From NCBI GenBank assembly GCA_030141605.1, contig JAQGDQ010000975.1, positions 10,070 to 74,069 of the forward strand: a stretch of DNA of 64,000 bases. The letters are read 5' to 3'. The DNA comes from Tubiluchus corallicola. Its lineage: Eukaryota; Animalia; Priapulida. The notes below the pieces were generated by a model. It saw only the letters and a program-made list of their open reading frames with translations. It did no database searches and had not been told where the DNA came from. Positions 1 through 14,015 of the stretch are shown one piece after another. The stretch's first letter is position 1. Each line of letters begins with the position of its first letter. The translations under genes were made by a program, and so were the position numbers.

Positions 1-860
1 TAAGGTGCCCTTTTACACTATGAAGAACATAGAGGACACATCCTGGAGGATCTTTTTTGCCCCTTTCATATCTGTCCGCTTGCTCTCCTGATTACAGTGC
101 ATGTAGATATGAGGACTTATTTTCGTGCTTTGCTATTGCCAAAACTACATTGCAAAGGCCCTTGCATTCAGTGAAAAGTGCTTGAGTAGGCTGTGTCGTG
201 CTCTTGCAATGTAATTAAAAGCTACATGACAATGTAAATTTATCCAAGTCCTAGCTATACAGATCTTCTGAGACCACATATAAGAGGTAGTTGTGGAAAG
301 TCCACTACCCGTAGTGGTATTTCTGCGGTGTGACTGTTTACATTAGCTCTGAATCTGAAACGTCCACAATGGGTTAATTGCTTTTTACTTGGTGTAAGCT
401 GGTTTTAGGAGACTAACAAAAATGTTTTTTCGCACGAATGTGCGATTTTTTCTAAAAACATGTAAAATGTACTGCAGTAAATCAGACACAAAACTTATAT
501 AATCTTGTGCTTTTTAATATAATTGAATTTCAAGGTTTGAATAGTTTGAAATGTGATATCTTTGTAAAATTGCACTGGTTAGTTAGCAATATGTTTGTCA
601 ATGTCAGTGAAAGTATTCAAACTGATAGGTCGTTTCATTTGCCATGGAAATTTCACCGATCTGTTAAGGAATTAAATATTTTTACCTTTTAATGTAATAA
701 ATTGTAATACAGTCTTACAACATTGCACAGTAACAGGATTGTAGGAATTTGTTATTTGTCACTAATTAGTGGGCCATTTTCTTCAGATGATTTGATTTAG
801 CTGATTTTCTATGTATTATATGCAGCATTTTTTTCTATGGATTTCGTTTTCCTATTTTAG

Positions 861-3800
861 GAAAGAAGCAGCAGTAACAGTCTGTTTACACACAATGGAC
901 TTACGATACAGTGTAAACTGGACAACGAGTTTGAGTTGGTTTTTGTGGTATATTCCCATTTGTGTTGTTTTGTTCAAGTTGTTGTTTGGTTTATAAACCA
1001 ATAATTTCAACCCATAAAAGTATAAGCTAATAATTGTGAACTTTTTTGAAACTTTTTTGAAATATGTTTATATAAATTTCTCATAACAATAGCTTTCACG
1101 GCTTTTTCATTTCATCTCCTGATCTTTCTTCGTTAATTTTTGATATTAACTTTGAGGCAGCTTTCACTGTTTATTGTATAATCGCAGTGGATTTATGGCT
1201 ACTATAAGTTAACCTTGTATTGTTGTGTTCTGTTTTACAGGTGGCATACCAAAAAATTTTACAGCTATCGTATATTGACAAATTCCTAAACAATATACAG
1301 CTGGAATTTAGAGACAAGTACAAAAATGATATTCTCCAAGGACGTTTATTTAACTTTGACTTTGAACAAACGTTTCGGGTGAGCAATTAATGAGCTGCTT
1401 GTTTCTAACAACTAATGTCAGATTTAACAGAATATTCACTTAACAACTCAAAAGAGTTAATTGGAGGCAAATTAGTGTGATCATGTGATTTTTAACATAA
1501 ATTCTAATTGCACAAGTACTAGTTATCAGAATTTTTGCTTTTAAATGATGCTTAATGCTTATAATACAAACCACCTGGTAGTATAAACATTATATAATTC
1601 CATATGGTTATATTATTAACTGTCTTTACCGCAGTAAAACATTGTAATTAAAGATTGTACAGTATGACATGTAATTTAACTTGAGTTATGAGCCGTATTA
1701 TCTGAGTCATGAATGTATAAAGCCTTATTAAAAGTTGAACAGGCTTGTACAAATGCAAAACACTTAGGTGACTATTTAATGTATTTTCTTTCTTGAAATT
1801 TTCACTTGGCTGCTATGTTACACAATGCACAAACATTTTTAGTATTTTTTATGAAATTCAAAAGCTGTGATAATCGCTTCATTATTTTCCAATATTTATT
1901 GTTTCAGAATGTCCTTCAAGAAGTCGAGTCTAATAGTAAACGTGCAGCGCTGGCGCCTAAAGTTATGAAGACCTACGAGCAATCATTGAAATCACAGAAA
2001 ACAGTTGCTTCCATGATCGAAAAGAAAGATGGCGGTGGTAGTGGCAAGACAAATGAAAAAGCTGTGAAAGAAAGTTAGTTGAATTTGATTATGCATATGA
2101 CATTGATAAAGATGTAATTATAAGTAATATATTATATCTCAAATGTGCATTCTTACATATTTGCAATAAAGTAAAGACAAATGAATGTCGTCAAAATGAT
2201 ATACTAATAAGAATACAAATGATAATACTAATAATGAAAATACTGTAATAATTGGGTATTATCTCTTGAAACTTCCCCAAAAGTCATAATGTTGAATTTT
2301 TCATTTTGCGTAGATTTTTTACTCAAACCACCAATGTAACCATAGTACTTACTATAATTCATGAATAACGCATATTTACATATATATTACAATATATATA
2401 TATGTTGGCTAAATTATATCTTCTATTTATTCTGATGAAATGAACTTTTTATACTGTGATTTGGTTAACACAATCTGTATCTTTATTCTTATTTTGAAAA
2501 GAGTAAAACATGTTACGCACAGAATGCTTCTTCTCTTTGTAAAATATTGATATGCTGTGTTACCAAGTAATTATATTCCTAAATAATTATGTGATCTTCA
2601 TTACCCATTTTTACATATGCATTTCTTCCATGGGAAGAAATTTTCCAGGTTTTTATGATTTCTTTCAAATTTATTTGTAAACATTAATTAGTATGCATTT
2701 GTATAATTTTAGTTTTGAGCACTTTTTTATGCTTGCTAGTATACTTGTATGTATCTGGGCAACAGATATTGAATTGTTTTATATATGTAGATCAAAAGAA
2801 ACCGGTACAGAACGGCACTGAAGGTCAACTGACAGACGAAATGTTAGCCAAAAATCGCCAGAAGCTGATGGAGAAACATACGAAAATTAAGCAGAAGGAG
2901 AAGGCTGGGTAAGTCGAATTAGCAACCTGTTAACCAAAAAAATAGCCTTTGGCAGCTTTCTTTTTGCTATTTGTAAAGAATTGAGACATCGGTGTAGCTA
3001 ATTATAAATGTGAGTCACTTTGACTTATTGTGCACTGCTACCTAGGATCGGAGGCTCAAATGCCCAGAATGTGAGCACCCCGAAAGTACAGGGTTCTAGG
3101 TTCAAATCCTATTGTTTTAGCTCCTCCTCTTTCAATTACAATCTGTTTGGATAGTGTTAGTGTTTTTGGAAAAATAAAAGTAGCCCTTACAGTTTTGGAT
3201 TTTTTTTAACTTTTATTACAAATTCTGTTGGTAGTAATTACAAATGGTAAAATGTAGCCCTTTTTCATCTTTCTAGGAAGAGTCCTACCATGCGTGGGGA
3301 AAGTTGTGGAGGAAAAAAGGCACCGAAAAAACCAAAGCGCCAGTGGGATAATTGTGGCACTAGTAAGGACAGTACTGCACTGGATTATAGTGCACCTAAA
3401 CCTACTGAAGCTGCTATGCAGCATGGGGATGGCAGTGACGACATTGCAGAAGAGAGGGTACTGTCGGTCTAAAATTTTTTTACACAAATCTTACGACAAC
3501 CTGGCAATTTCTTTATTATTAGATGTGAGAAATTATTATTCATTGTGAAATGACTTAAAAAATGGACTCCAGATGTAACCCATCTACATTTGCAAACGTA
3601 GTGCAATAGAAAAAATGTGTAAAAGAGAATATTTTAGTGAACAGCTGTAATACAAGTTTCTGAATAGAATCGATGAAATTTCGCCGGTTTTCTGCAGAGA
3701 AATTGTTTGGCATTTGCAGACTCATCACAATAAACTGTTTCGTGGTTTCTTCGGTAAAAATTTAGATGAGAATGATATAATGACACAGGCACTGAAAGTT

Positions 3801-6800
3801 TTTGTCACCAGTTAATCCGCATTATGTTATTGTACAAATAACTGTGCGATGTTATTAAGTAGATGCACAAAGAAATACTCCTGCGAATGCATTTGTTAAG
3901 TACCTTCTGTGGCAGTTTTTAAATGTCTTTATTAAAGCACTAGAAAGCACTCTTCATATATAAACTTATAAATTTATCTTGAAATTTTGTCACTTAAATA
4001 CTGTCTTACAGCATTCAGGGATTGTGTTATCAGTAACAATTTATAAAACTTGTAAATTTAAACTACTGCAACGACTGTTAGGTGCAGTCATTTAATAGTA
4101 AGTGGTTTGAAATAAGTTTAGATAACATTGCGTAAAGTTTGAAAAAGTAATCAGAACATTAGTAGCGCACTACTAAGCAAAAGTTCAAATTTCGTTATGT
4201 TGTCATTATGGTCAATATTGTGTATTTTTGGTGAACCAGTGTTACACATTGGGATGGCGATGTAAGTGCTCTTTTACCAGGTGGTGCAAATGTTTTAAAT
4301 TATTAACAATTTTCATTTCCAATTACATGACTTTTAAACAGGCATGTATAATGGTAAGTAATATAACTTTGTATGGAAGTTCTAAGGAATATTCTTTAAA
4401 ATTCCCTTTTCTTACCCTTTAAGTGTCTGCTGTGCTCAATTTTATTTGTACTAATTTTAAGATTTTGTGTTGTTTAGCTTTATTAATCTCGATTATTCAA
4501 CTAAAGGGGAAGATAATTCACTTTGATATTTTTTTATAAAAATGCCACAAGCTGTAAAATGTAACTGTAATTTTATTTTTTGTGAGATCCAGAATTATTA
4601 ACTTTTTCATCTAATGTACAAATAATTCTCATGACAAATTAACATTTATTACAGATTTTTATATGCAGATTTTTAACACTATTAATGTTTACAGTGCATA
4701 GTTTTGTGAAAAATCATTCATCATTTGGCTTCATCTATATGTGAGCCATTTTACCATCTGATTACGTTTGCAGATGATGAGCGTTGGAAAAATGGTGGGC
4801 GAAATTCCAGCTTTGGAGTCGGAATCGTCAGAGTTTGATGATGAAATAGAAGTTGAGGAGGATGAAGTTGAGGATGAGAAAGAAAAGCAACAGAGTAATC
4901 CTACCAAGTAAGTATCGTGTTTCTATTATTTCAACTTTTATTACAAGCACTTAAAAATATTTATAGTTAAAAACAACACAACTTTGGTAAAACTTTTACA
5001 TTAAAAAGTTAAAATCAAGCCAAACAGGCTGCTGCTGTCATTACCAATGATTGTACAAACATACAACCAGTTTATATAAGCAGAGTATTTTATGCACTAA
5101 TTCAATAGTTAACAGAAGCCAGAAGCCAGTATTCATTACCTATTTGGCTTCTGTTATTTACTTAATTAGTGCATAATAAGCTCTGCCTATATAAATCGGT
5201 TGTGTGTTTGAAAATTTACCACTGATGATGACAGCAGCAGCCTGTCGAAACATTCTGCATGATTTTAACTTTTTAATGTGATTGTTTTAATAAAGTTGTG
5301 TTTTTTTTACTATAACTGTTCCAAAGATTTTTTCTAGAAACTGTTCACATGTTGTTTAATTTGCTGTTTCAAAGTTGCTTAGGAGACGTAATTATAAAAG
5401 AAGCGAGGCCTCTTTAAGATTTTGCGCACTGAGTATGTTCATTCTTTTTAATTTAAGTCAGCTTAATTTTGCTATTGCGTCATGTTGAAAATTATTTTTT
5501 GCTTCATTGTACTAATTTTTGCTTGTGATTGTGACATTTGCATAATTACTTTTTTGCTAGATTATAAGCTATGTGCAACCATTTTTTGATACTCACAATT
5601 ATATTTATATTATTTTATGAGAAAATAATAATGTGGTAAAATAATAAATGGTAAAATTAATTTGCAGATATTATTTTATATTACATTTGCATTTAATGTC
5701 ATATTCCGAGCTGCAACTGCATTAGTTTTTTTGCTTTTTAGGTTTGTTATTTTTTGCATTTTTATTTAATTGTCACATCTGTTAATCAATTTGAGAAAAA
5801 ATTTATTCACTTGCTTTTGTTTTTAGGTCTGGTGGATTTGGAATGTTTAACGTTTTCAAGTCATTGGTCGGATCTAAGACGATCACTCGCGAAGAAATGA
5901 CACAGGTTCTTGATAAGATGCGAGATCACCTGATTGGTAGTTGATTAGATGTACCACTTTCTTCTCTGCATGTGTAATCAAGAACATGTTGCTGAGATTT
6001 GCACGTGTACTGCATGTCTCACAAGAACTGTAACATTATACACATGTGCTTGTTTATTTGTTGAACCACCATTGCATATGTACAAACATTAGCAGCAAAT
6101 AAACAAGACAGATTTAATCAACAATGAAATAGACGTTTACTAGAGACAAAATCCCCCACAATGAAATATTGCAGCTTGAGCGTAAAGTACAAATAACAAT
6201 TAATTCATGACGCTGGTTTTGTTTTATTTTGTTTACCATCTTTTTATAGCTAAGAATGTAGCAGCTGACATAGCTGACAAGTTGTGCAATTCTGTTGCCA
6301 CGAAACTGGAAGGAAAAGTTTTGGGAACTTTTAGTGGTGAGTTGGTGATACTGTAGCTATATGCATAATACAAGACTAAGACAGGATTGATTTTCCATGT
6401 TGTATGAGAAGTGGTTTTAATTCTTGTATTCGATTGGTGTTTGATGTGCTGCATATATTCTGTTCATTAACCAGAGAAATCCTTTTCTAAGATTGTTTTC
6501 AACCCCGACTTATGCAGAAATTCTGCTCTGAGTGTTGCACTAGGTTGTATAATTCTGTGCATTTTATTGTTTATTTTGATAGATGAAAAATGATATCTTT
6601 AGTTTTCTCAGTTAGTAAAAAAGTAGTTGTGATTAAACATAATTTATAACAGTATTCAGCAAATATGGAGCATCCTATTAAGTAACGGGGAAAGTAACAA
6701 ATGTAATAAAAAATATATATTGAATGTGAAAAATTCCTGTTCACTTGTCTGTGTCATAATAATTCTCATCTGCATCAGTTACTTTGAATTTGCTTTTTTT

Positions 6801-9800
6801 CAATTTCCCCATTGATTTCTTTCTCCCTTCCTACCTTCATTCTTCCTTTCTTCATTGTTTATTAATTTATCCACTCATTCAGTTTATTGTTTTGTGTTAC
6901 TTCATAGGTTTGGCTTCTACAGTGAAGACGAGTCTGACAGAGTCGTGTGTACAGATTCTGTCGCCAAAGCGACGTGTTGACATCCTTCGCGATGTGATGG
7001 AGGCTCAGCGTCATCAGAGACCTTACGTTATTACTTTCTGTGGTGTGAACGGTGTTGGAAAATCCACCAATTTGGCAAAAGTGAGTCTCTGTTTACTTGA
7101 GAATATTTGTTTTTGTTTTCGTAGTAAGCAAATTTTGGTTGATTGTTAAGGATTCAGTTAGATGTTTATGGCTGTGTGTGTGTGTGTGTGTGTCACGCGG
7201 GCACGCAGATATTGCTATTGGAACAACTGGAAATATTAAACATAGTTAATAGCTAGTGATAAAAAGACATTTCTTCTGCATTACATTTTGATGCCTTTCA
7301 AGTTCATGCAAAATGCATGCAAAAAACACAGGGTTTGGACTCTACTATTTGTTTAATTCATTGCGTTTGATAACTGCAGGTAACCTTCTGGTTAGTTGAG
7401 AACGGCTTTCGTGTGCTGATCGCCGCATGTGACACGTTTCGTGCAGGTGCTGTTGAACAGCTGCGCACTCACACTAAGCACCTAAATGCTCTTCACCCGC
7501 CTGATTCACACAACGGAGTACAGATGGTGTTTCTCTATGAGAAAGGTTATGGCAAAGATGCTGCAGGCATCGCAATGGCAGCCATTAATTATGGTGGGTT
7601 TCTGTGCAGATAACTTTGAGAATATGACCGTGCTTTGCAATCTTGCGTAGAAATTTCTACGAGTGTAGTTATGAAAATAATTGGATGTCAAATTTCACTT
7701 TTATGAGAAGGGATGTTTAAGATATTAAATTATAATTAGTATATTGTGCTTTAATGTTTTGTAAAGGCATAATGTTGTAAAGTGTGTTGAGAAGTAGAAC
7801 ACGTCTAATGAATTTTTGTGAGTTGGTGAAAGAGTTGAAGGTTTTCAAACAGCAGATGTAACAAGATACCTATGGTCTTGGGCAAAACTTTACTTTATTG
7901 TAAATAATATGTGAACTTAATCTTTAAAGTGACTGTAGATTTGTTATTCCTAAATCTTCATGCTGATGGTGCTACAGGGGTAAGAACATGGAGACCAAGG
8001 CTCAACCATGGAATTTTAGCATTAATAATGATTGATAATGATGGAAACTCACCAGTGTGGTTGTGGTTTTCAAAGCACACTCCGTGTATTTTTATCTTAG
8101 CAGACCTTTCAGTGACGGTAAAGTCAATGACAAAACAATAACAGTGAAATGAAGTTTGCATACTTATTTAAACACAATAAACAACTTATCGGTTTGTTAC
8201 ACATCGGTTGTTACATACAATCTGGTAAGAGTAATAAGGGAAGCTGTCTACTGCTTGGCATATCAGTTCTAAACACAGTTTTTTCAGAGGAGCAAAATTT
8301 TTCCATGTAATGTTAAACAGTCAATTCCAGTTATCAGAGATAGACAGATAGTTGTAAGCAAGAACACAGTCCGACGTGAACTCAGCATTCAGCAACACAT
8401 GATATGAGTAACGTATTTATGAAGTCTAATAAGTCTAGCCATTACCACCCTTGGTTCCCGTTAGTCTCCAGAGTTGAACTTGTCTCTTAAGGCAATGATA
8501 CTTCACCAAACACTGTCCGTCCATACAGCAACAAACCTCAGTGTAGTACTCCTTATGGTAGAGTCCAGGTAAGAATACCAACATTGAAGCACAACACGAT
8601 CAGACCATGTGACAGGCTCTGTCACGACTGGCTTAACATGAACCACTACTCAAAGCCAACACATGTTAGTCCATGCTTCAATGGTCACAAAGTTGTAGCA
8701 CTATTATAAGCTTCTAACAGTAGCCAGCAGATGGCAGCTGCCAGCAGGGCAGAACTAGCTAATAGTTTATATATTTCTACAAGATTGTCATTATGCCAAA
8801 AATAACACATAAATAATAATCAGGTTGTTACAGCAGAGTCATCCTAGAACTTATAAGTGAATCGAAGTGGCAAATGCATACTGTACTGTTAATTGCCAGT
8901 AATCCCCTAAGATGAAACACTGAATCAGGAAGTATGTTACAGCCACTTACAGGTATGAATACATCATCATCCAATGAATTAAACTGCAGAATCACTGAAG
9001 TTAATGAAACTATGACTATTGAACCCCCATTAGGTGCCAGTCGTTCACTGGCCAGCCTCAGTGTTTTTTAAGTTTGCTGAGCAACAGCTACTGCCACTAG
9101 TCTGCTGTCTACACTAATTTTATTTATTTCTTGTACTGCTTCCATATATAAGTGCAATAATTATCCACAATCTACTTATTAATAAATAATATTTGTTGTT
9201 TTTTTACATTGCCGCTTGCCTTAAAGTACTGTAGCCTCTAACTTTTGTAGAGGTTTAAACCTAACAATACCTCCTGTATAGCAATTTCTGAAGCTTAAAA
9301 GTTGACCCTCTTAAGAAAACTTGGGAAATTATTGGAGCTGTTGATATTCTTTAAGCTTTAGAAATGTGCTTTATATTTGTGGTTGAAGTGTGGATGCATT
9401 TTCAGCATTTTTACTGTTTGTATTATAGCTAAGGACACGCGACATGATGTGGTACTAATTGACACAGCAGGAAGAATGCAGGATAATGAACCACTGATGA
9501 GATCATTGGCTAAGGTAGTTGTTTTACAGAAGGAAGAACCTCATTTCTTTATTGTTGTTTTTTGCCTGCCAGTGTAACTAGTAGCTTAGCTCCTTTCTTT
9601 GTGCTATCGTTTACAAACGGCATTTTATCTATTATTTCACTTGCTCTAGAGTTGCATAATGTTTCGTATACTATTTTTTGCCAACTTAGATGGTGTAAAA
9701 ATACTTCTTAGTCATACTTTTTCAAATTTAAAGTTTGCATTGAATGTTCAGAAGTGCAAAGCCTTCATTTTGTAGTTCACTGCTTCTGTTCAGTTACAGT

Positions 9801-11655
9801 TTTGCAGTTCTAATAAGAACATTTAAGTGACGCTTAAGTATGAAACATTTATGTGTTTAAGTATGTGTCCCAAAAATTAGAATAATTGCAGCATCTAAAA
9901 GCATTTTTTTATGAATTTAAAGTTGCTGCACCTGAAATTTATAAGCTAAGTGATTACAGAAATTTGCATTTTTTAGTTGATAAAAGTGAATCAGCCCGAT
10001 CTGGTCCTGTTTGTGGGCGAAGCTTTAGTGGGTAACGAAGCAGTTGATCAACTGCTGAAGTTCAATCACGCTTTGGCTGATTTTTCAAGCATGGATAATC
10101 CACGACTGATTGACGGAATCGTTTTGACTAAATTTGACACTATTGATGACAAGGTAAGTGCAAATAGGCAGGTGTAACTCGTTAACAAGTTAAACAGATT
10201 GAGTTTATTTCTAGCTTTGTTGCACTTATGTATATTTAAATATGTACTCATACAAAGTGCGGTTCCTTTTAAAAAAATTGTTAGATTTAGCCGGTACTGT
10301 GTATGCAGTAGTGTTGGATGTTTATCAAACTGTTTATGGAGCTTTTTTCAGTAGTTAAGCTTTGCTTATACGTATTTATTAAAGTGTTTGGCATTTTCGA
10401 AAAGTTCTGGTAGTTTAGAACGATCACCATATTGTAACAGCAAAGACTTCGGTACTGCCTATGTAAACTTATTTGCATCATAATTAGTTTGTGTGTGCAT
10501 ATTGCTGAGTGAATCTAGCCAAGTTGTATACTAATTTAATGTTGTTGTTTACATGCCATTACTTTTGGAAGCTTGTGTGTCATGTTTATTTATTGACCTG
10601 TCATGCTCTATTATGTTTAAGCTGGCTTAAACAAGTTTTTAGTTAACAGGGTTTTTGATACAAGCCAGCTATGTTTTACCAACATTAAGACAATGTCATA
10701 TGTTATAACCTAGTGTTTAGCGACAGAAGAATGCTGACATTATACATTGTTGACAAGTATAAAATACAGCGGCACTGCTTAATAGACTCACTTTGGGATG
10801 GAAATGTGTGGACCCAATTAACCGAATGAACCTATTAACCAACTGGTGTAACATTACTAGCATAGAACTATGTGTCATCACTCCTCAACTTAGTACACAC
10901 TGCAAAGTCTGCGAGAGCTTTATGTTTTTATGCTTATGCTCTAAATTAACTCTGTGCTCTTAGTGCTCGATGATGTTTACGCTTGTAAAGTGTAAAGTCT
11001 CGAAGAATGCTAGTGATGGCGTAACAGCAACAGTTAACTGATTAAACATTCTTCGAAAAGCAGCATGATCTTCAAAAGGAAACCGCTAAGCTTGTGATTA
11101 AAAGTTTAGCTTCCATAAATTCTTGGGCAGAGGACCAACGGGTGACAGATTTAAGGCAAAAATGCTACAGTGCATATTAGTGATAAACAAACATGCTTAC
11201 AAATGAAACGGTACTTAACACGATTGTTTCTACATATATTATAGTGGATAAAAGCGATGTAAAGATGACATAAAAGTAGAAAAGCTCTTTGATTACGCAC
11301 AAATGTTTTATTTTCAGTACATGAAGCGAAAATATTGAGTCAGTTATATGGAATCATTTAAGTCAATTGTCCAGAGTTTTTATATACACTTAATAGGAGG
11401 TATTTTTGAGTCAGTTAGGAGACTGATTCTCTTAATCGTGAGACTTCTAAACGGCATCCACTGTGTGTAATTGTAGATTAACTGTACTGTTTGAAAACTA
11501 ATTTAGCACACTGTATGTTATTCTAGGTTGGTGCAGCTATATCAATGACTTACAGCACTGGACAGCCAATCGTTTTTATCGGAACTGGACAAACGTACAC
11601 AGATTTGAAGAGCCTTAATGCAAAAGCTGTTGTCAATGCCCTAATGAAAGCTTAG
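861..11655 (+). CDS. SRPRA: Signal recognition particle receptor subunit alpha (SR-alpha GTPase), 5'-partial, 13 coding exons: 861-947, 1241-1378, 1908-2073, 2791-2908, 3277-3457, 4774-4907, 5827-5936, 6250-6336, 6908-7080, 7380-7593, 9429-9514, 9977-10153, 11527-11655
   Basis: All junctions are GT-AG with matching phases, and the exons sum to 1800 nt (599 aa + TAG). The SRX/longin part reads [29 protein letters not shown]|[16 protein letters not shown]. An acidic linker follows, then SRP-GTPase motifs [55 protein letters not shown] and [11 protein letters not shown]. The first ~40 codons were not found in 1-860. Confidence 0.97.
4962..5316. repeat. Long imperfect palindrome (~170-bp arms), probable inverted Penelope-like terminal-repeat remnant in an SRPRA intron
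   Basis: Arms pair around a centre near 5130, for example acaggctgctgctgtcat / atgacagcagcagcctgt and ttatgcactaatt / aattagtgcataa. The right arm contains CTGATGA-stem-GAAAC. Confidence 0.6.
7857..8832 (-). mobile_element. Solo LTR (976 bp) of an LTR retrotransposon in an SRPRA intron
   Basis: Termini TGTAACAA...TTGTTACA form a perfect 8-bp inverted repeat (TG..CA). An exact 5-bp target duplication GCAGA lies at 7852-7856 and 8833-8837. There is a minus-strand AATAAA near 7895 and no coding capacity. Confidence 0.75.
10767..11463. mobile_element. Degenerate Tc1/mariner-pogo (Tigger-like) MITE in the last SRPRA intron
   Basis: TA|CAGCGGCACTGCTTAATAGACTCAC ... GTGAGACTTCTAAACGGCATCCACTG|TG form imperfect TIRs. 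The TA duplication is decayed on the right. Confidence 0.5.
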
Positions 11656-11680
11656 AATGTTAGCTTCCATTAAAAGCGTG

Positions 11681-11931
11681 GGTCTACTAATTAGTATCAA
11701 CTATAGTCAAGGAGTAGCAGCGTTAAGAGATCAAGGAAGTGTCAAGGAGCTCTATTAATTAGCTAATGCAGTGATATATATGGTAAATCTTTGGTGCTTT
11801 TTCCACTTTGACATTGTTTAAAAGATTTGCTTGACACCACCCTTGATTCTAATTTCATTACTTCATGTTGTTGACACAAATTAATGCTTTTTGACACTCC
11901 TTGATGTTGCTTGACACTAATTTGTAGGACC
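11681..11931. mobile_element. 251-bp MITE with GG..CC ends and 8-bp TSD (Merlin-like), 25 nt after the SRPRA stop
   Basis: TIRs are GGTC-TACTAATTAGTATCAA / TTGACACTAATTTGTAGGACC, with internal tcaag/cttga repeats. Flanks AAAGCGTG (11673-11680) and GAAGCGTG (11932-11939) match at 7/8. Confidence 0.65.
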
Positions 11932-12262
11932 GAAGCGTGAACTGTGCTATCCCATAATACTTTTCATGTCTTGCATGAAAGCATACATATGTTTATTTTT
12001 TTATACGGCAGTGAAGTTGAAATAGAAACTGTGTACGGTTTCATCGGTTTTAATAATTTTGGTTAATTTGAGATAAGAAAATCCTTATTTATTTGCAATG
12101 AAAATCAAAATTCATTTTTGCTAGCTTGTTAGATGAAGATGGCATTGTTATGGTTGATCAGTAATCATTCTAGCTCTCTTATTATTATTATGATACTGCA
12201 ACATTGTCTTTTATCTAAAAAGTTATGGAGACATCCTTAAAGTAACAATTAAATACAGTATA

Positions 12263-12790
12263 CAGTAACCTATGTATAATTGGCATAACTCGAAATCTTG
12301 CATATCTTGAACAGATCTCGTGGAACAGATTTTTGCTTTTTGTTTTTCCGTTTAGCAAACATCATGTAACTCGAAATCTGTAACTCGAATTATCACATAA
12401 CTGGAATGAATTTCCGGTGCAATTCTTAAAAATCTGATTGAAATTACGTTGCTTATCTCTAACTGCCTTCCAAGCGAAAGATCCTATGCAAAATTACGCA
12501 ACACATTACGATTTTAACGTGTAGTTTCAGCAAAAATGTCAAGATTTTTTGTATTACCTTAGCAGAACGCTGCACACAACGTGGCTTAATGAAATGGTGG
12601 AGCACTTTATTTTTGATTATTTATAAAACTGTTGTTTGGTATTTAATTAAAGGCTCAGTTTGTCGTTTTCGGACATACACTGATAAGTGACTCTGTCTTG
12701 TTTTCGTATAAACATTGTTTAACTCGTAATTTTGCATAACTGGAACAAATTTTCCAGTCTCATGGTGTTCGAATTATACATAGTTTACTG
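12263..12790. mobile_element. Tigger/pogo-like MITE (528 bp) with TA TSD
   Basis: TA|CAGTAACCTATGTATAATT ... AATTATACATAGTTTACTG|TA, with repeated internal (a)taactcgaa motifs. Confidence 0.75.
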
Positions 12791-14015
12791 TATTATGTTA
12801 TTTTACGAGATACAGTTTTGCCAATTTGTGTAATTGCTAGATTGTCCAGTTTAATTAATTGTACACCTTCATTAATTTTGGCATGTAAGTTTGAAATGTT
12901 AGCTTAAACCAATGCTTTTGAATTTGCGAAAATCTACTGTTAAAAATTGCATACGGTACTTCAATAGTAAGATTAGGAAGTCAAAAACATTCTACTCACA
13001 CATCTCTCATATAAAGATTAGCTTCTGTTTTTACACAGTGCATTGCAAAAATTTATTAATGTTTTTTAAGTCATCTCCTGACTGCAAAAAATTGATACAT
13101 CACAACGGTTGTCAGTGACTTTCAGTCCAACAGACATCTCTGTGTTTCTGCACTGTGTGTGATTGTTGCCTTTCAAAATGTGGAGTGCTTCTGTATACTA
13201 GTGTTAGTGGGCTGATAGCATTTTTTAATGCATTGTTAAACGATTTTCTGGTATTTTTAATGAATGTAAATAATGCAAATGGTGATATGTTTTTTTCAAA
13301 CAAATAATAACCTGTTTCTGATCCACGTACATTTACCTTAAATCCTGATCCAAAATTCGTTTATTATTATCTTGTTATTTCTATTTTGGAAAAAATCAAG
13401 TTTTACCTTTTTAACCTTCTGGCGTGTTGTTACTTAAACGCAGCCATTATTTTAAGGCTGTTGTGATCCTTTGGCAGTATATTTCGTTTAATAATCAATT
13501 GCTTTTTAGTATTTTGTGGTGACGATAAATTAGTTCACACCAGTTTGTAGTTTACTACAACCTCCTACTGCATTTTCTTTACAGCCTCCTGTAAATTACA
13601 TTCGTTGCAACCATTTCTGTGACTGTAGTCAGTTGTGATGTGTCTTCCAAGTCATACATGTGTGATTATCTAATTATAAATAAGATGTTATTTGTAAGAT
13701 GTATTTCTCTTTGTTTATGTATATAAAAGCAATTGTAAAACTTCATGTTTTACACGTGTCATAGTCAGATTTTTTGGTTGAGGTCCATGTGTTTAATAAA
13801 GCACTATTTTTGGCGATATATCTATTTACCATGTGATGTTATACTTTGAGTCTTTTCATATTCCCATATACGTGTGCTTTTTTCTACATTTGCCTGGGTC
13901 CACGTCTTTGAAGGTTACCGACCGGGCAAGCATAAATGTAATTCTTTTTTCAATGTAGAAAATAAACATATACTGCAGCTTATTTTGCATAGTATTTTTT
14001 ATTGTTAGAAGTGCA

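Noticed and set aside
1-860. Missing first SRPRA exon
   Set aside because: No MLDxFxIFxKGGxVLW-like reading was seen, so it presumably lies upstream of the window.
3040-3112. tRNA-like B-box GGTTCAAATCC (similar motifs near 18950, 21390, 53265 and 53595)
   Set aside because: No cloverleaf can be built. These are at most decayed tRNA-derived SINE heads with undefined boundaries.
7371-7386. AG|GT at exon starts (also Nedx exon 2 and Dlx exon 3) as recursive splice sites
   Set aside because: They are explained by Val/Gly codons at conserved junctions, are common by chance, and have no other support.
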